Source of the DNA: Ruditapes philippinarum
Taxonomy: Eukaryota
Direction: 5' to 3'
Length of the DNA: 64,000 bases
Assembly: GCF_026571515.1 (NCBI RefSeq)
Contig: NW_026854772.1
Coordinates: 186,001 to 250,000, forward strand
Below are positions 1-12,424 of the stretch, in pieces (the stretch's first letter is position 1; every line of letters begins with the position of its first letter). Under the pieces are notes generated by a model, which was not told where the DNA came from, made no database searches, and saw only the letters and a list, made by a program, of their open reading frames with translations. The translations under genes and the position numbers were made by a program.

Positions 1-59
1 TAGTTTCTACTAATTTATTTAAGTTCAATTTTGTTAGAAGCTACAGTTGTATAACCGTC

Positions 60-600
60 ATGAAACACTCTTGAATCTGTTCCTGGAACCCACCAGTACT
101 AAGCAATGAGTGTAAAGTTTCTTGTACATAGAAACAACAGCTTGCTACTGATGGGGTTTGAACCCATTCCGCCAGCAATCCTTAAATTACTAGTCCAAAG
201 TGTTCACCACTTAGGCCATCCTTAAAAAAATGTTTGTTTGCAGTAACCTGACCCAGAATTTTCAAGGTGGGTAGGTAGGTCGATTTTTTTATTTTTTTTT
301 ATTGAACTGTACTCCCAAATAAACATGGAATTTCAAAATACTGGACAATATATGCTTTGATAATCTGGTAGCAATTAATAAATTGATAACTGAATTCTAA
401 TTTAAATAAGACCTACATTTTATTTCTTCTATTAAACTTTAACAGAATGAAAACAAAGCACTTGTAAGGCATAATTTTCTGATTCAAAATTTTTTTTTTA
501 TCCAGATTATGAAAAAAAATTTTGAGTAGGGGCAAATTTTGTGAGTCGGTCGGGTTACTGCAAACAAACATTTTTTAAGGATGGCCTTAGCGACACTGCA
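60..600 (-). mobile_element. tRNA-derived SINE interrupted by a MITE
   Basis: B-box-like GGTTCAAACCC on the minus strand. The body CCTGGAACC-ACCAGTACTAAGCAATG recurs at ~32520. The head is split by the 214-586 insertion. Confidence 0.65.
214..586. mobile_element. PIF/Harbinger-type MITE
   Basis: About 40-bp TIRs (GGCCATCCTTAAAAAAATGTTTGTTTGCAGTAACC / GGTTACTGCAAACAAACATTTTTTAAGGATGGCC) flanked by a TTA TSD at 211-213 and 587-589. Confidence 0.85.
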
Positions 601-676
601 ACTCTTTCTCTTGCTCCTTCCTTTATTCTTTTTATCCTTTTATAAAGGTCAAGCATGCAAGAAGTGATGAACTAAC

Positions 677-3600
677 CTGTACAAGGGCTCCCAAAATAAA
701 TGAAATAAGAAACGGATATAGTCCGGAATGTGTCAGAGTAACAGGTAGTCCTGAAAACAAAAAAAAACAATCTCCTTTATAACCTTTTCTGAACAATAAT
801 ATAAGATAATCTGATGTTTAAGTTTCAATGAACAGTTACAACAATTATCTTAATGTTTTGTAAGTTCCCATGTTTCAATGTTTTTACATAAAATATATCT
901 GAATTATATTAAATTTTTTATATGAATTTATCAATTTATTCAGTCGACTCATGGACTTTCTTAAATGGGAGCATATTCTCAGGATTCATCATAATAATCA
1001 CTCAAGTTCAGGTCTTATGTTTTCTCCGGGACCTTAACTAAAAGGCATATTTTAGATCCAAGGTTCTGTACACTGTATTATAACTAAAAGAATGGCATTA
1101 TTTAGGAGCTGACTTTAATCAGAATGAATCACTTTCATTTGAATAAATGGACTACCTTGATAGAATGAAATATTGCATGAAAAATAATTAGTTTGTCATA
1201 TAATTAGAGCTTTGGATCCCATTCCCACTGTGTGGCAGGTGATAAATTCCATTTGGCAGCAGAAAAGCTGTTCACTTCAGTGTTATATTTTTCTGGTCCT
1301 TCAAGATCATTGATTCCAGCACATTAAGTATTAAAAATTGAGTACCACTCAAGTCGCTGCTAGGGGGCGTTAGGAATGTTGCACCTTTTATTATCCCTCA
1401 TGTACAAACTAAATCAAACTGAGTCGGCAATTCTCATGTTATTTTGCTGTGATTAATGCTTCTGAGGCTGTTACAAGGAATAGAGGGGTGCACGGACACC
1501 ACACCCTTTTTAATCTTTACCACGCTCACCCATCAGGGATCACACTATCTAGATTTTTTTCTGGTTCTTTGAGATCATTGATTCCAATACATTACTGGTA
1601 AGTGTAAATGCCTTAATTAATACCTTCTTGTGCTTCAGAATGTGAGAGATGCTGCACTCTCAATTAATCTCTCATGAACAGATTCAATCAAACCAAAAGT
1701 TAGTAAAGGATGGTTAAAAAAAATAAAGGTAGGGCAACAATGGCATGTTCTGTTTTTTTGTCTGATTAGGTTTAACATTACACCAACACAGTATGGGTCA
1801 TATGCCGAGGTTCCAGCTTTACTGGTGGAGGAAGTTACCAAAGACCTCAGGTGCCCTTCTGTGCATTATTTCAGGCATGAACGGAAAGGGCACCCCAAAC
1901 AGAAACACCGACATTCTGTTAGCTTTAACTGGATAGCTTCCTCACATAAAAGAAGCCAAAGTCTTTGTCAGGATTCGAACCCACAGCAGTTCTGGACAAG
2001 TGGTATGAAATCAAAGACCTTAACCACCCAGTAACAGACGCCCCACAATGGCATATTGTAAATAATGGTAAAAACCAAATAACTAAATAGGGACATAGTT
2101 TTTGTTCAATTCATTTATTGTAGATCTATATTTTTAAAAGAAATATCATAAACAAAATTACCTAGGATTCCTGTCCCTAGAATTGTAGCAATCGTGACAA
2201 AATCTGAAGAAGAAAAAAAGAAATAATTTACATTATGACAGCCTACAATGCGGATTGCCTATCAGTAAACCTGAAAATTTAGCTGACAAGCTCTGGAAAA
2301 TTGTAACCTTAAGTTTGTTTATCATATAGCACTGCTTGATCATGAACTAGGAGTAACTGAATCATCTTACCACAAAACACTTGAATTACATAGTATATTG
2401 GTGGAATTCCTCATTTAATTGCTATGCTATGAAAAAAGATCATAATAAATTATAACACTATATAATTTGATCACATCTTGTCACGTTTATCCATTTATTC
2501 TGTATGGAAATGTAAATGTTGTCAGGTCTAGAAAAGTCTCAATTTTATACTAGGATATACATTTGTACCTGCTTCCCAGCCCCACTCACTATCTTCAATA
2601 ATTGAAAAATAATTGCTTGGGACAGGGCTTTTTTCACAGGTTGGGGTAGCAGCCCAGCCCTTAATTTAGGGGAAAAATTACACGGTATATTTGCAAAAGG
2701 TGAAGAAAAAACTTAATGTAAATTCAATTTTTGGGGAAAACTGCATGATTTTAAAGAAATTTTCTTTGGGGAAGCAGCCCTATACCGGCCCCTGTTATAG
2801 AAGGAAAAAAGGCCCTGTAGGAGTACCAAAAATGCACAAGCCTTTGCTGTATTATCACCAAAGCCCAATTAATTACACCAAATACCCATGTACATTTTGT
2901 ACTGTATGATTTGATTTGAAGAATATACTGTTTTCTTTTTGCCAAAATTTTACATCTTTAAACAATTCATGCAAATTTGGTGAAATTGGTCATGAACAAC
3001 ATTTATTTTTGGCGCCTTTCATGCATGGGGCCTTTCATTATTCTCTGGTATGAATAACTATTTATTTGGCTTTGGCTTGACCGGCTATAGACTACACGTG
3101 TATATTTAAAAGAAAATCAAATAAAAAACAATTCAAAAATATATAGAATTCTATACCTATCAATAAAATTTTCAGTGTCAGTTCTAGTCGGACGCCGCCA
3201 TTTACAATGTAACTCAATGATCATAAGGCGGGGTATTCCGATAACGGAACAAATCTCAACTTTTCGGATAAATAATAAACGTCGAGTGTTCCGAGTGAAA
3301 ACGGAAGCGGTGCATGTAATACCGAATGACACCTTTAAAACGGAAAGAATAAAAGGAATTTCTTAACGACGTCCCCGTTCATAGGCTTTGCCTTATTTCA
3401 TATTATCAGGTATGGCAGCATTTATTTGTTGATGTCGTGTTAGAATCAAAATATTATATCCAAATCGGTGATTTTATCGCTTGATAACTGAACGTTTGTT
3501 GTTCGGAATCGGATGCGCATTATTATACGGGGAAGTCAAAGACCGGGCCCGCGAAGCGGGTCCGGGCTTTGGCTTGCCCGGCTATTGACTACACATGTAT

Positions 3601-4118
3601 ATTTTAAAAAAAATCAAATAAAAAAACAATTAAAAAATATATAGAATTCTATACCTATCAATGAAATTTTCAGTGTCAGTTCTAGTCGGACGCCGCCATT
3701 TACAATGTAACTCAAGGATAATAGGCGGGGTATTCCGATAACAGAACAAATCTCAACTTTTCGGATAAATAAGAATCGTCGAGTGTTCCGAGTGAAAACG
3801 GAAGCAGTGCATGTAATACCGAATGACACATTTAAAACGGAAATAATGAAAGGAATTTTTTAACGACTTCCCCGTTCATAGGCTTTGCCTAATTTCATAT
3901 TATATATAATTTGTTGCATCCTTACTCCAAACAGTGGTGTTATTGAGCGGTAAAATCACAGTTTGGGATATATTATATTTCTTAAATATCATCTATCTTT
4001 GAAAAAAAAATTGATATATATAATAAATAATAAATAATCACTGAAATCATGAAAAATACGTACAACATTGTAAATATACAAGTATCATAGATTTATGAAC
4101 TTTCCCACACTCTCTCAT
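677..4118 (-). CDS. Amino-acid permease (AAAP/HAAAP, Trp/Tyr permease-like), 5' partial; continues left of the window
   Basis: Exons 4118-4064, 2203-2162 and 750-677 have GT/AG boundaries and compatible phases (1,1,0). They translate to MRECGKVHKSMILVYLQCYFVTIATILGTGILGLPVTLTHSGLYPFLISFILGALVQ. The motif TILGTGILGLP matches TM1 of amino-acid permeases. An in-frame TGA lies upstream of the ATG. Confidence 0.85.
1760..2045 (-). mobile_element. tRNA-derived SINE (same family as 22987-23240)
   Basis: A-box-like GGTGGTTAAGG and B-box GGTTCGAATCC on the minus strand. Body is shared with the ESD-intron copies. Confidence 0.7.
3068..3905. repeat. Two direct copies (~340 bp, period ~497 bp) of a non-autonomous DNA-element segment
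   Basis: 3068-3406 is nearly identical to 3565-3903. A GC-rich hairpin GACCGGGCCCGCGAAGCGGGTCCGGGC lies between them. Confidence 0.85.
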
Positions 4119-4189
4119 ATCTGTTCTTCACACAGAGCTTTTTGAAAGCTCATTCATATTGACACTAACATAAGAAAATGGTAAATTCA

Positions 4190-4240
4190 TCAGTTTGTTT
4201 ACATTCGTGTCAACTTCATGGGCGCAGCCATCTTGGATTG
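4190..4240 (-). promoter_or_regulatory. Putative TSS region of the permease gene
   Basis: YY1-like CAAGATGGCTGC (minus, ~4224-4235) and FOX-like TGTTTAC lie about 80-120 bp upstream of the ATG. Confidence 0.4.
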
Positions 4241-4763
4241 AACATTTACGTGAAATGGATTAAACCCGAAATGAAAACGCGGAAAGTTACATTGCAATGG
4301 ACAGTACAATGGAAAAGGAGGCTGTTCTATAAAGTTTATATAAACATCTTATGTGTTTAGTTGCATAATCATTTTAGAGTCTTTAAAAGTAGACAAAGGT
4401 TATTGATTGAGAAAAAAATAAGTAAAAATAAGAATGGATGCTTTTAGAGTACTTCCAATAGTACAAGCTTTTACCATTGATAACATTACAGGTTGTAACA
4501 TGTATCATTTATATTTTCTATTTGGATGGCTTACTAGCACACAAACTAAACAAAACCCGCTCAAATGCATTGAGCGCAAGCCAAGATCGTTTAGTATGGC
4601 TGTGATACTATGCTTGGAATATTGACCCACCTCACCACTTTAAATGGACCATCAGAACACTTGCAAGATTTACCAAAACGCAACTCAATCTGTGACCGGA
4701 CCAAGATTTTGTATGCGAGCTCTTTAGACTTTCATTGTTAGTGGTAATGTTTCAGTAGACCGC

Positions 4764-4976
4764 GCCTCCGTGGTCGAGGGGTTAGAGACGGTGACTTCTT
4801 ATCCAGTTACCTCTCTGGCGTGAGTTCGATCCCCGGGAGATGCTTTGGTAGTTTAGCGCGGAGGAAGGGAGTCTAATACTGGTGTAACTCTCCAGGAACG
4901 ATGGTTAGGAAACTACCCGCCTATATGACTGAAATACTGTTGGGAAAAGGCGTAAAATGAAACAAACAAACAAACA
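4764..4976 (+). mobile_element. tRNA-derived SINE with (AAAC)n tail
   Basis: A box GTGGTCGAGGGG, B box AGTTCGATCCC, (AAAC)n tail. A second copy is at 17785-17998. Confidence 0.8.
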
Positions 4977-7112
4977 CGCAAACAACAAAGTTAATGAAGC
5001 CTATACATGATCTGGTAATTCCTTAGATGTGTTTTTTAGTAGAAAGGCCAAGTCTGATGTTTATAAATTTTGCCGATAAAGGAATAGTGTCAAGCATTTG
5101 TCCAAATGTAATTTTACTGAAAGAGAAGCACTATTCATTAAGTCCCAGCTTATTTGCTAAAGTTTATCTGTTTGTTCGATATTTCTGAATTATCACTCAT
5201 ATATGTTTTATATAGAAGTATAAAACAAAAAGTTTTTGATAATGTCTATTCAACAAGTCATCAAATATGATAAATTCTAAAAATTGATATATTTTGCAAG
5301 AATCGGTTTGAAATGTTGTCCTTTGCTTAGATAAGCATATCATATGTAAAAGAGAACATTGAAATTTATTAGTGTACAATTTTGTCAATAAAATATGGGA
5401 GCTGATATATGAGGGCAAGAATATGCATGTAATTATGTCATTTAATAATTTCCGAGATTTTCTTAATGATTGTGGTTAATATATCTTCCAAAATCATTCT
5501 TGCAACTGAATTCCTGCTAACATACATGTAGTAATCAGATTTGGCCCCTATCAATAAGGTACATCAAGGGGTTGCCAGAAGGGCAGCCATCTGTTTAAGG
5601 GTTTTGAAGGTGGGCGGCAGCCCCCCCCCCCCCTCATTGTCAAAAAATTGCAGCACTTTGAAATCAGTTTTTTCTAAATTCAAAATTTCACCATTTTCGT
5701 GTTAAATGTTGAATTCTGCTTAAGCCGGTACCATTGGGCGTGAACGGTAACTTGCACTTTCTAGTATCGTCCATGAACAGGCTCAATCAAACCGAGCCTG
5801 CAACATTTTCAATTTTGTTGTGTTGGACTTTCTTTATGGATTCTGTTTTTCTCTATTTTGATGATCAAAAACAATGCAAAATAGTGATTGTTGGCAATTT
5901 TGAGACGTCCCACTGTTGCCATGGTAACAGGAAATTTAAGATTGAGCATGCTGTTACAGAAGCTATGGTCCATGCAGTTACCATTTTTCACAATATGCTC
6001 ATATATAAGGTAAAGGATTAAACAGTTTGAGATTTTTTACAAAATTATGGCCTCTGTTTTACACATATACATGTAATACATAGAGAAATATACTTCTTGC
6101 AATGCAACTCTTACATTTAAAAATTGATTTCAATCTTAGTTTCACAATACTTTTGTCCCATAAAATATAAAGTGTCCCGATGCATATTATATAAAATTAT
6201 ACGGCAGTAGGTAGCAAATGTATGGCCCTTTGTTGTTTGTCAAGTAATAGATTTTTTTTTTTATAAAGAAGACCCTTCATATTTCGTATGATGATTCAAC
6301 CACATTTCCCAAGAACAATAATGATTGTCACATTAATTAATTGTTGTCTTGTCTCGGGTGTTTGCGATTTATTTGGAAAATTATATTTTTTCATAAGTAC
6401 AGTAAAGTCTGTGAACTTTATGGACATTATGGACGAATTTCACTATCATTATAGATGGAAAGCCTTATTTTGCCCTTGTTAATTGTAATAAAACATAAAA
6501 CCACGTTCCCACATTTTGAACATTTCGCGAAAAGGTCTTACTTTCGCATAACAAAATATATTAATGGACGCGGACGGGTCCATTTTTGACGGACTACTTC
6601 ATATATTTTGTCAACTTTACGTAACAGAATGAAATAAAGCAGAGTATGCTTAATTTTATTTAAAAGTATTATTGACAAAGGCATAGTCTGCATCAGATCA
6701 TTTGTATGGTTGTTAAAAATCAGAGTGATCTAAAGTTTATGTACTATTTTATTGCACATTCATTTCCGGTAGATGTTGTTAGGCACGCCGGGGAGTTTCT
6801 TAAAATATTTTACATTTTTGCAAATATCTGCACCTAAAGGCAAGTGTCATCCAAATTTAACACCAATTTCATATTCTGCAGATTATGTGTTATAAATTGA
6901 AAGTGTTTTTATTGATGTAGCATTGTTTATTTTGTAATGATTCCTAAGTCAAAGTTGAGACCTTGTAACACTCGCAGACACTTGGAGTTTGGAGCTCAAA
7001 ACGCCTTTAAAATCCAAATAAAATGCATATTTGTCAATCCCAGCACATGTACTGATCATATATATCAAAAAAACTTAATATAAGCCGCTTTGAAAAAAAT
7101 TCATATTTCAAC

Positions 7113-8484
7113 ATCTTCTTCTTCTTCTTCTTCTCTTCTTCCAATATAGTACAGACACCTTCCGGCGTATACTCGTACTAGCGCAGCGCGGTGTGAGAAG
7201 TGTCTATGTACAAGAGTGATTTAAAAAAGTACTATGTATAGTGCTGGTAAAAATGTAAAAACACCGGACTGTCTATCGGAGATTGAGTGGGAGTACTTCC
7301 CTCTTGAAGCTGTCTATGGTTGTACAGCTTACAACTGTCTGGGGAAGACTGTTCCAGAGGCGGATGGTGTCTGGGAAGAAGGATCGCTGGTAGCACTGGG
7401 TCTTTGCAAATGGTACCAGGTAGTGAAGTCCATGTCCTCGAACAGAGATGACTGGGGTGAGGTTGGATGTAGGGACTTCTACTAGGCCATTTACTATACG
7501 GTACATCATGGTCACCTTGGCATGGGCTCTGCGTTCTCGGAGGGTAGGCCACTGTAGGTGTTGCAGCATCGATGTCACACTGCTGGTTCTTCTGTAGTCT
7601 GAGAAGACCATTCTTGCTGCTCGGCGCTGCACCATCTCCAGTTTCCAGATATTTGCCTCAGTGAAAGGGTCCCAGATGATAGAGGAGTATTCCACCAGAG
7701 GTCTCACGAGGGTCATATAGCAGAGCTCTTTGGTCCTTCTTGGGCATTGATTGATGTTTCTCTGTAGAAAGGATGTGGCATTGTTGGCTTTCTTTGTAGT
7801 TAGATCAATGTGATGGTTCCAGTTTAGTGACTTTTGGAAGTTGAGGCCTAAATATTTTGCTGTATCTACTTCTTCTAAGATGTGTCCATGGATGTTATAT
7901 GGTTGTCTGATTGGTTTTCTCTTGTTTGTTATGTGGAGTATCTGGCATTTTTGAGGGTGGAATTCCATCAACCAATCCCTTTCCCATCTTTGTAGTCCAT
8001 CTAGGTCTTTTTGTAGGGCTATAGCATCTTGGTCTGAGTGGATAGAGCGGTAAAGGGCACAGTCGTCAGCAAACATTCTAGTGGTGGATTCAGGTGATAC
8101 ATAGTTGGGTAGATCATTAATGAAGATGAGAAATAAGAGAGGTCCTAGAACACTGCCTTGTGGGACACCTGACTGGACAGGTGCTTCACCTGATTTGCTG
8201 CCGTCTAGTAACACTCTCTGGCTCCGATCCCCTAGGAAGCTGTTTATCCACTTTAGTAGGTTGTTTCGTATACCATAGAATTGAAGTTTTGTAAGTAATC
8301 GGTGGTGTGGGACCTTGTCGAAAGCTTTGGAAAAATCTAATAAAATGACATCAGTCTGACCAGCAGAGTCCATATTGCAAGCAAGGTCCTGGACTGTCAG
8401 TAAAAGTTGAGTCTCACAGGATCTGCGTTTACGAAATCCATGCTGGGCATCTGTAAGTATGTTGTAGGTGTCAAGGTGTTTCAT
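7113..8484 (-). mobile_element. 5'-truncated CR1/L2-group LINE with uninterrupted reverse transcriptase frame (7273-8484)
   Basis: RT motifs QHGFR, LLDFSKAFDKV, VPQGSVLGPLLF, FADD, YLG and a C-terminal SFFPDTIRLWNSLP. (GAA)n 3' tail at ~7113-7140. No endonuclease domain. The ATG at 8484 is probably a junction artefact. Confidence 0.92.
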
Positions 8485-8691
8485 CTATAATAATACACAA
8501 GATAAAAATGTTCGCCGGAAAAAATCTGCACCCCTACCGTCATAATCACCATGTATTTAATTCCATTTCCAATATTTTCACATAATCCTTTGGTCCATCG
8601 ACACAGAAGATATAATTCTTCAGGATGATGGTCAATTTTTAACTTCAACGGTAGTATAAACAACGCAACAGCCGAAATAAACATCAATATT

Positions 8692-8907
8692 ATCGCCGTT
8701 TTCCTTCAATGACATTATCTTTCGATAAATTCAAACGTGCCAGTCGGCTATGACCGAAGCCATCCGATAATGTGGCCCCAGCTTTGCCGTGTGCAAAATG
8801 CGCAGCGCTTTTAAGTTTGGGAACCACATAATCGGATGGCTTCGGTCATAGCCGACTGGCACGTTTGAATTTATCGAAAGATAATGTCATTGAAGGAAAA
8901 CGGCGAT
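8692..8907. repeat. Near-perfect inverted repeat, arms ~84 bp, spacer ~48 bp
   Basis: 8692-8775 is the reverse complement of 8824-8907 with one mismatch by eye. Confidence 0.9.
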
Positions 8908-8945
8908 TTTTTTCAAAACGGCTTATATTAAGTTTTTTTGATATA

Positions 8946-9814
8946 CAGTCGACTCTCGTTATTTCGAAGTCATTGGGACCGTCCAAAAAATATCGAGATA
9001 ACGAAATGTCGAGATAAACATTTTAGGGTTAAAACAAGGCGAAACTGATTTTTACAAAAGACAAGTGCATACCTTATGTCAAATAAACTATAGTATCCCT
9101 ATGTCTTGTTTTCATAGGCCTAGTCAATATTTAACAAAGTAACATTAGCAGATGTTTGCCAGCGGAAATACGGGTGTCTGTGATAAAAACACATAGTGAG
9201 GTTTACTCAGTAATATACCAATATAGTGAATCGGATATCGGATATGGTTGATTCGGATATCCTCCCGGGTTATTTATCGAGTCTTTTTCGAGATTGTTCG
9301 ACCGCTGATTGATTTGTTGGTGATGTTGTGAAACAGTATTGCAACGATAGCGTTTCTATACTTTCACTATTTCATTTACATTTAAAGTCATAATGAATTG
9401 ATACAGTGTTCGAATATTTTTAAAAAATGTAAAATTCACTCATTTTGGACATAAGTCAATCAACACGCTAAATAGATTAACTTTTATAAAAACAGCTAAA
9501 CGTGTTACAAACATAATCGTCATTATGACACGCGCTATAAATTGAGCAATTATCGTCTAGATTGTGTTTTTCACACGTCTGAAGGAAACAGACGAAAGAA
9601 AACTATTAGTCGAGATAAACAAAGGATAATCGTGTGAAAATAACTGTTGGGGCTGAAATTTTTCATCGAGATACTGAAAATATCGAAATAGAAATATCGA
9701 GATAAACAAATATTTCCAATATAGATAAAGAAGGAAGAAAATCGGGACTTTCAAAATTTCATCGAGATAACGAAATATCGAGAAAAGCGATGTCGAGATA
9801 ACGATAGTTGACTG
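8946..9814. mobile_element. Tc1/mariner (pogo/Tigger-like) MITE
   Basis: TIRs CAGTCGACTCTCGTTATTTCGA / TCGAGATAACGATAGTTGACTG, TA TSD, and repeated subterminal TCGAGATA motifs. Confidence 0.88.
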
Positions 9815-11048
9815 TATATGATCAGTACATGTGCTGGGATTGACAAATATGCATTTTATTTGGATTTTAAAGGCGTTTTGAGCTCCAAACCCCAAGTGTC
9901 TGTGGTAACACTCTATGGACACTTGGTGGAGGGGGGGGGGGCTTAATTCGTCCTTAAAGTTTTAACAGTTAAACACAGACGGCGCATTCATCTTAATCAT
10001 AATACTTGTATTAAAACCATCCCTGGTCGCTTAAAAATACCAATTACTGTACAGTCTTCTCTTAAGCAAGGTTGTTTACATTGAAATTGTTCTCGGGTAG
10101 GTTGGGGGAGTAGTCTCAATATTTCGACGGCAAGACAGACCGATTTTATAATCTGATATTTCATAGATGTCTGCGAAGGGCGACCATCGTCTATATAAAA
10201 AAGCCCTAAAGCGCACAATTTGTTGGGCTAGTTGGGGGAGCTATACTCCTGGCCTGTCGATATTTTAGATGCGTACATTAAGAAATAGTGACTTATTTTA
10301 AACTTGTGTTGCAAGAGTTGCTCTCCTTTTCTATGGGAATGAAAACAATATAAAATCAATAAATAAAATTCCCCCCTCCTATCGTGTTTTTCCCCCTCCA
10401 AAGGGCAACGACCCCCTTCCCCCAAAAGTGAAAAAAACACTGATTAGCCATTAAAAGATACCGGGGATACTTGTTTACGTTTTTGAATCTTTTTTTCTCA
10501 CTGAGACCAGGACTTTGTACACATGGAAATTGAATTTGAAACCAAGTTTATGACTGAAACAGAATTGTTACACTCTTGTTAAAGTACATTGTATTCACAT
10601 TTGCTGAGAATTTTCAAAGTGGCAAGTAGGGGTAATGGTCTGACTCCGAGCATCTGTGCAATATATAAATGCTAGCTGTAATAACTCGTACTGCTTGCCA
10701 AAGATTCTAGCTGTATGAGAATACAGACAATAGATTCATTCTTGGATTTCTATAATAATGTTTCTGTAATTCTGGTTCATTTTAAAGCTACATGCCTCCA
10801 GGTGATGAAGTATTTAAGAAAAGTAAAAAAAAAATTCAAGGTACAAATACATGTATTAAGTAACATGTTTTCTGCGATTAATGACTGACTTTGCAGTATT
10901 TATCAACATATTTCTACTGCATGACTAAAGCAGTAAGGGCTATTTTGGCATATTTTGACCTCATTAATTTTTGGTAAATTAAGTGGATTGTAAACACTGC
11001 AATTAGAAAATCGCTTTCTTTGTTCATTTAACCATATTTTCCCTTTAA

Positions 11049-11674
11049 CCCATTGCTTCATGAGCATTTTGTGAAAAATGGCTGTTTTCATTGAAAAGTC
11101 TCCCGTTACAAGTTCAAATTGCTATAATACTATAAAAACTGCTTCAACACTAATCAAACTTGGCACAAATGTTGACTGGACCATTGCCCTTGCAACAACA
11201 TGCTCAGGCTTAAATTTTCTGTTACCATGGCAACGAGGGGACATCTCAAAATTGCCAAAAATCACTATTTTGCGTTGATTTTTTCCATCAAAATTGATTT
11301 CAAAGTGCTGCAACTTCTCAATGGATTGAGATAGAGTCAAATGCTTTTCAGCGTTGGTTACACGTTACCTTATGATCAATCTGGGGTCATTTACAGCCTC
11401 TCACAAGTCCAAAATTTTCTTGGCGATGAGGGGGACTCCGCCCCCCCTTCAAACCCCCCAAACAGAAGGGGGCACATCCCCCTTCTGGCAACCCCCTGAT
11501 GTATCTTTTGGTTGGGGGGGCCGCGCCGAAAAAGAGGTCACTTTTTTTAACAACATTTCTCAAACAAAAACAAGTGTTTGGGGCCTAAATAAGGCATTTT
11601 TTCATCATTTGAGGCAACAAAAAGGGGGGGGGGGGTGAAAAAGGCGTTAAAAGGCGTGTATATGAAGTAATGGG
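11049..11674. mobile_element. piggyBac-type MITE, copy 1
   Basis: TTAA-CCCATTGCTTCAT...ATGAAGTAATGGG-TTAA. Confidence 0.88.
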
Positions 11675-11800
11675 TTAACAGAAAATGATGAAAATACTTG
11701 AAATTACCCTTAATCGCGTTTTTTCATGTTTAAACATGGTCTGTCATATAAATTTGAAGAAAAATTGTTGTTTTGTAGATTTTTTTATTTTATTCATTAA

Positions 11801-12424
11801 CCCATTGCTTCATGAGCATTTTGTGAAAAATGGCTGTTTTCATTGAAAAGTCTCCCGTTACAAGTTCAAATTGCTATAATACTATAAAAACTGCTTCAAC
11901 ACTAATCAAACTTGGCACAAATGTTGACTGGACCATTGCCCTTGCAACAACATGCTCAGGCTTAAATTTTCTGTTACCATGGCAACGAGGGGACATCTCA
12001 AAATTGCCAAAAATCACTATTTTGCGTTGATTTTTTCCATCAAAATTGATTTCAAAGTGCTGCAACTTCTCAATGGATTGAGATAGAGTCAAATGCTTTT
12101 CAGCGTTGGTTACACGTTACCTTATGATCAATCTGGGGTCATTTACAGCCTCTCACAAGTCCAAAATTTTCTTGGCGATGAGGGGGACTCCGCCCCCCTT
12201 CAAACCCCCCCAAACAGAAGGGGGCACATCCCCCTTCTGGCAACCCCCTGATGTATCTTTTGGTTGGGGGGCCGCGCCGAAAAAGAGGTCACTTTTTTTA
12301 ACAACATTTCTCAAACAAAAACAAGTGTTTGGGGCCTAAATAAGGCATTTTTTCATCATTTGAGGCAACAAAAAGGGGGGGGGGGGGAAAAAGGCGTTAA
12401 AAGGCGTGTATATGAAGTAATGGG
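11801..12424. mobile_element. piggyBac-type MITE, copy 2
   Basis: Same TIRs and TTAA TSD. Differs from copy 1 mainly in homopolymer lengths. Confidence 0.88.

Larger units (their letters stand above)
6973..9904. mobile_element. Non-autonomous long-TIR DNA transposon with 8-bp TSD, carrying nested insertions
   Basis: Left TIR 6973-~7100 is the reverse complement of 8906-8945 joined to 9817-9904. TSD GTAACACT at 6965-6972 and 9905-9912. Confidence 0.85.

Noticed and set aside
2623-2817. Possible hAT MITE (CAGGGC...GCCCTG)
   Set aside because: Short imperfect TIRs and no convincing 8-bp TSD.
3117-3829. Duplicated 71-aa ORFs
   Set aside because: They lie inside a non-coding repeat, and an indel shifts the frame between copies.
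4764-4850. tRNA-like sequences here and at ~17785 and ~22987
   Set aside because: They are SINE heads with A/B boxes, body and tail, and no intact cloverleaf.
7273-8907. RT next to a long hairpin resembling a retron or DGR
   Set aside because: The RT is a typical non-LTR (CR1-group) enzyme with a 3' microsatellite tail. The adjacency comes from nested insertion.
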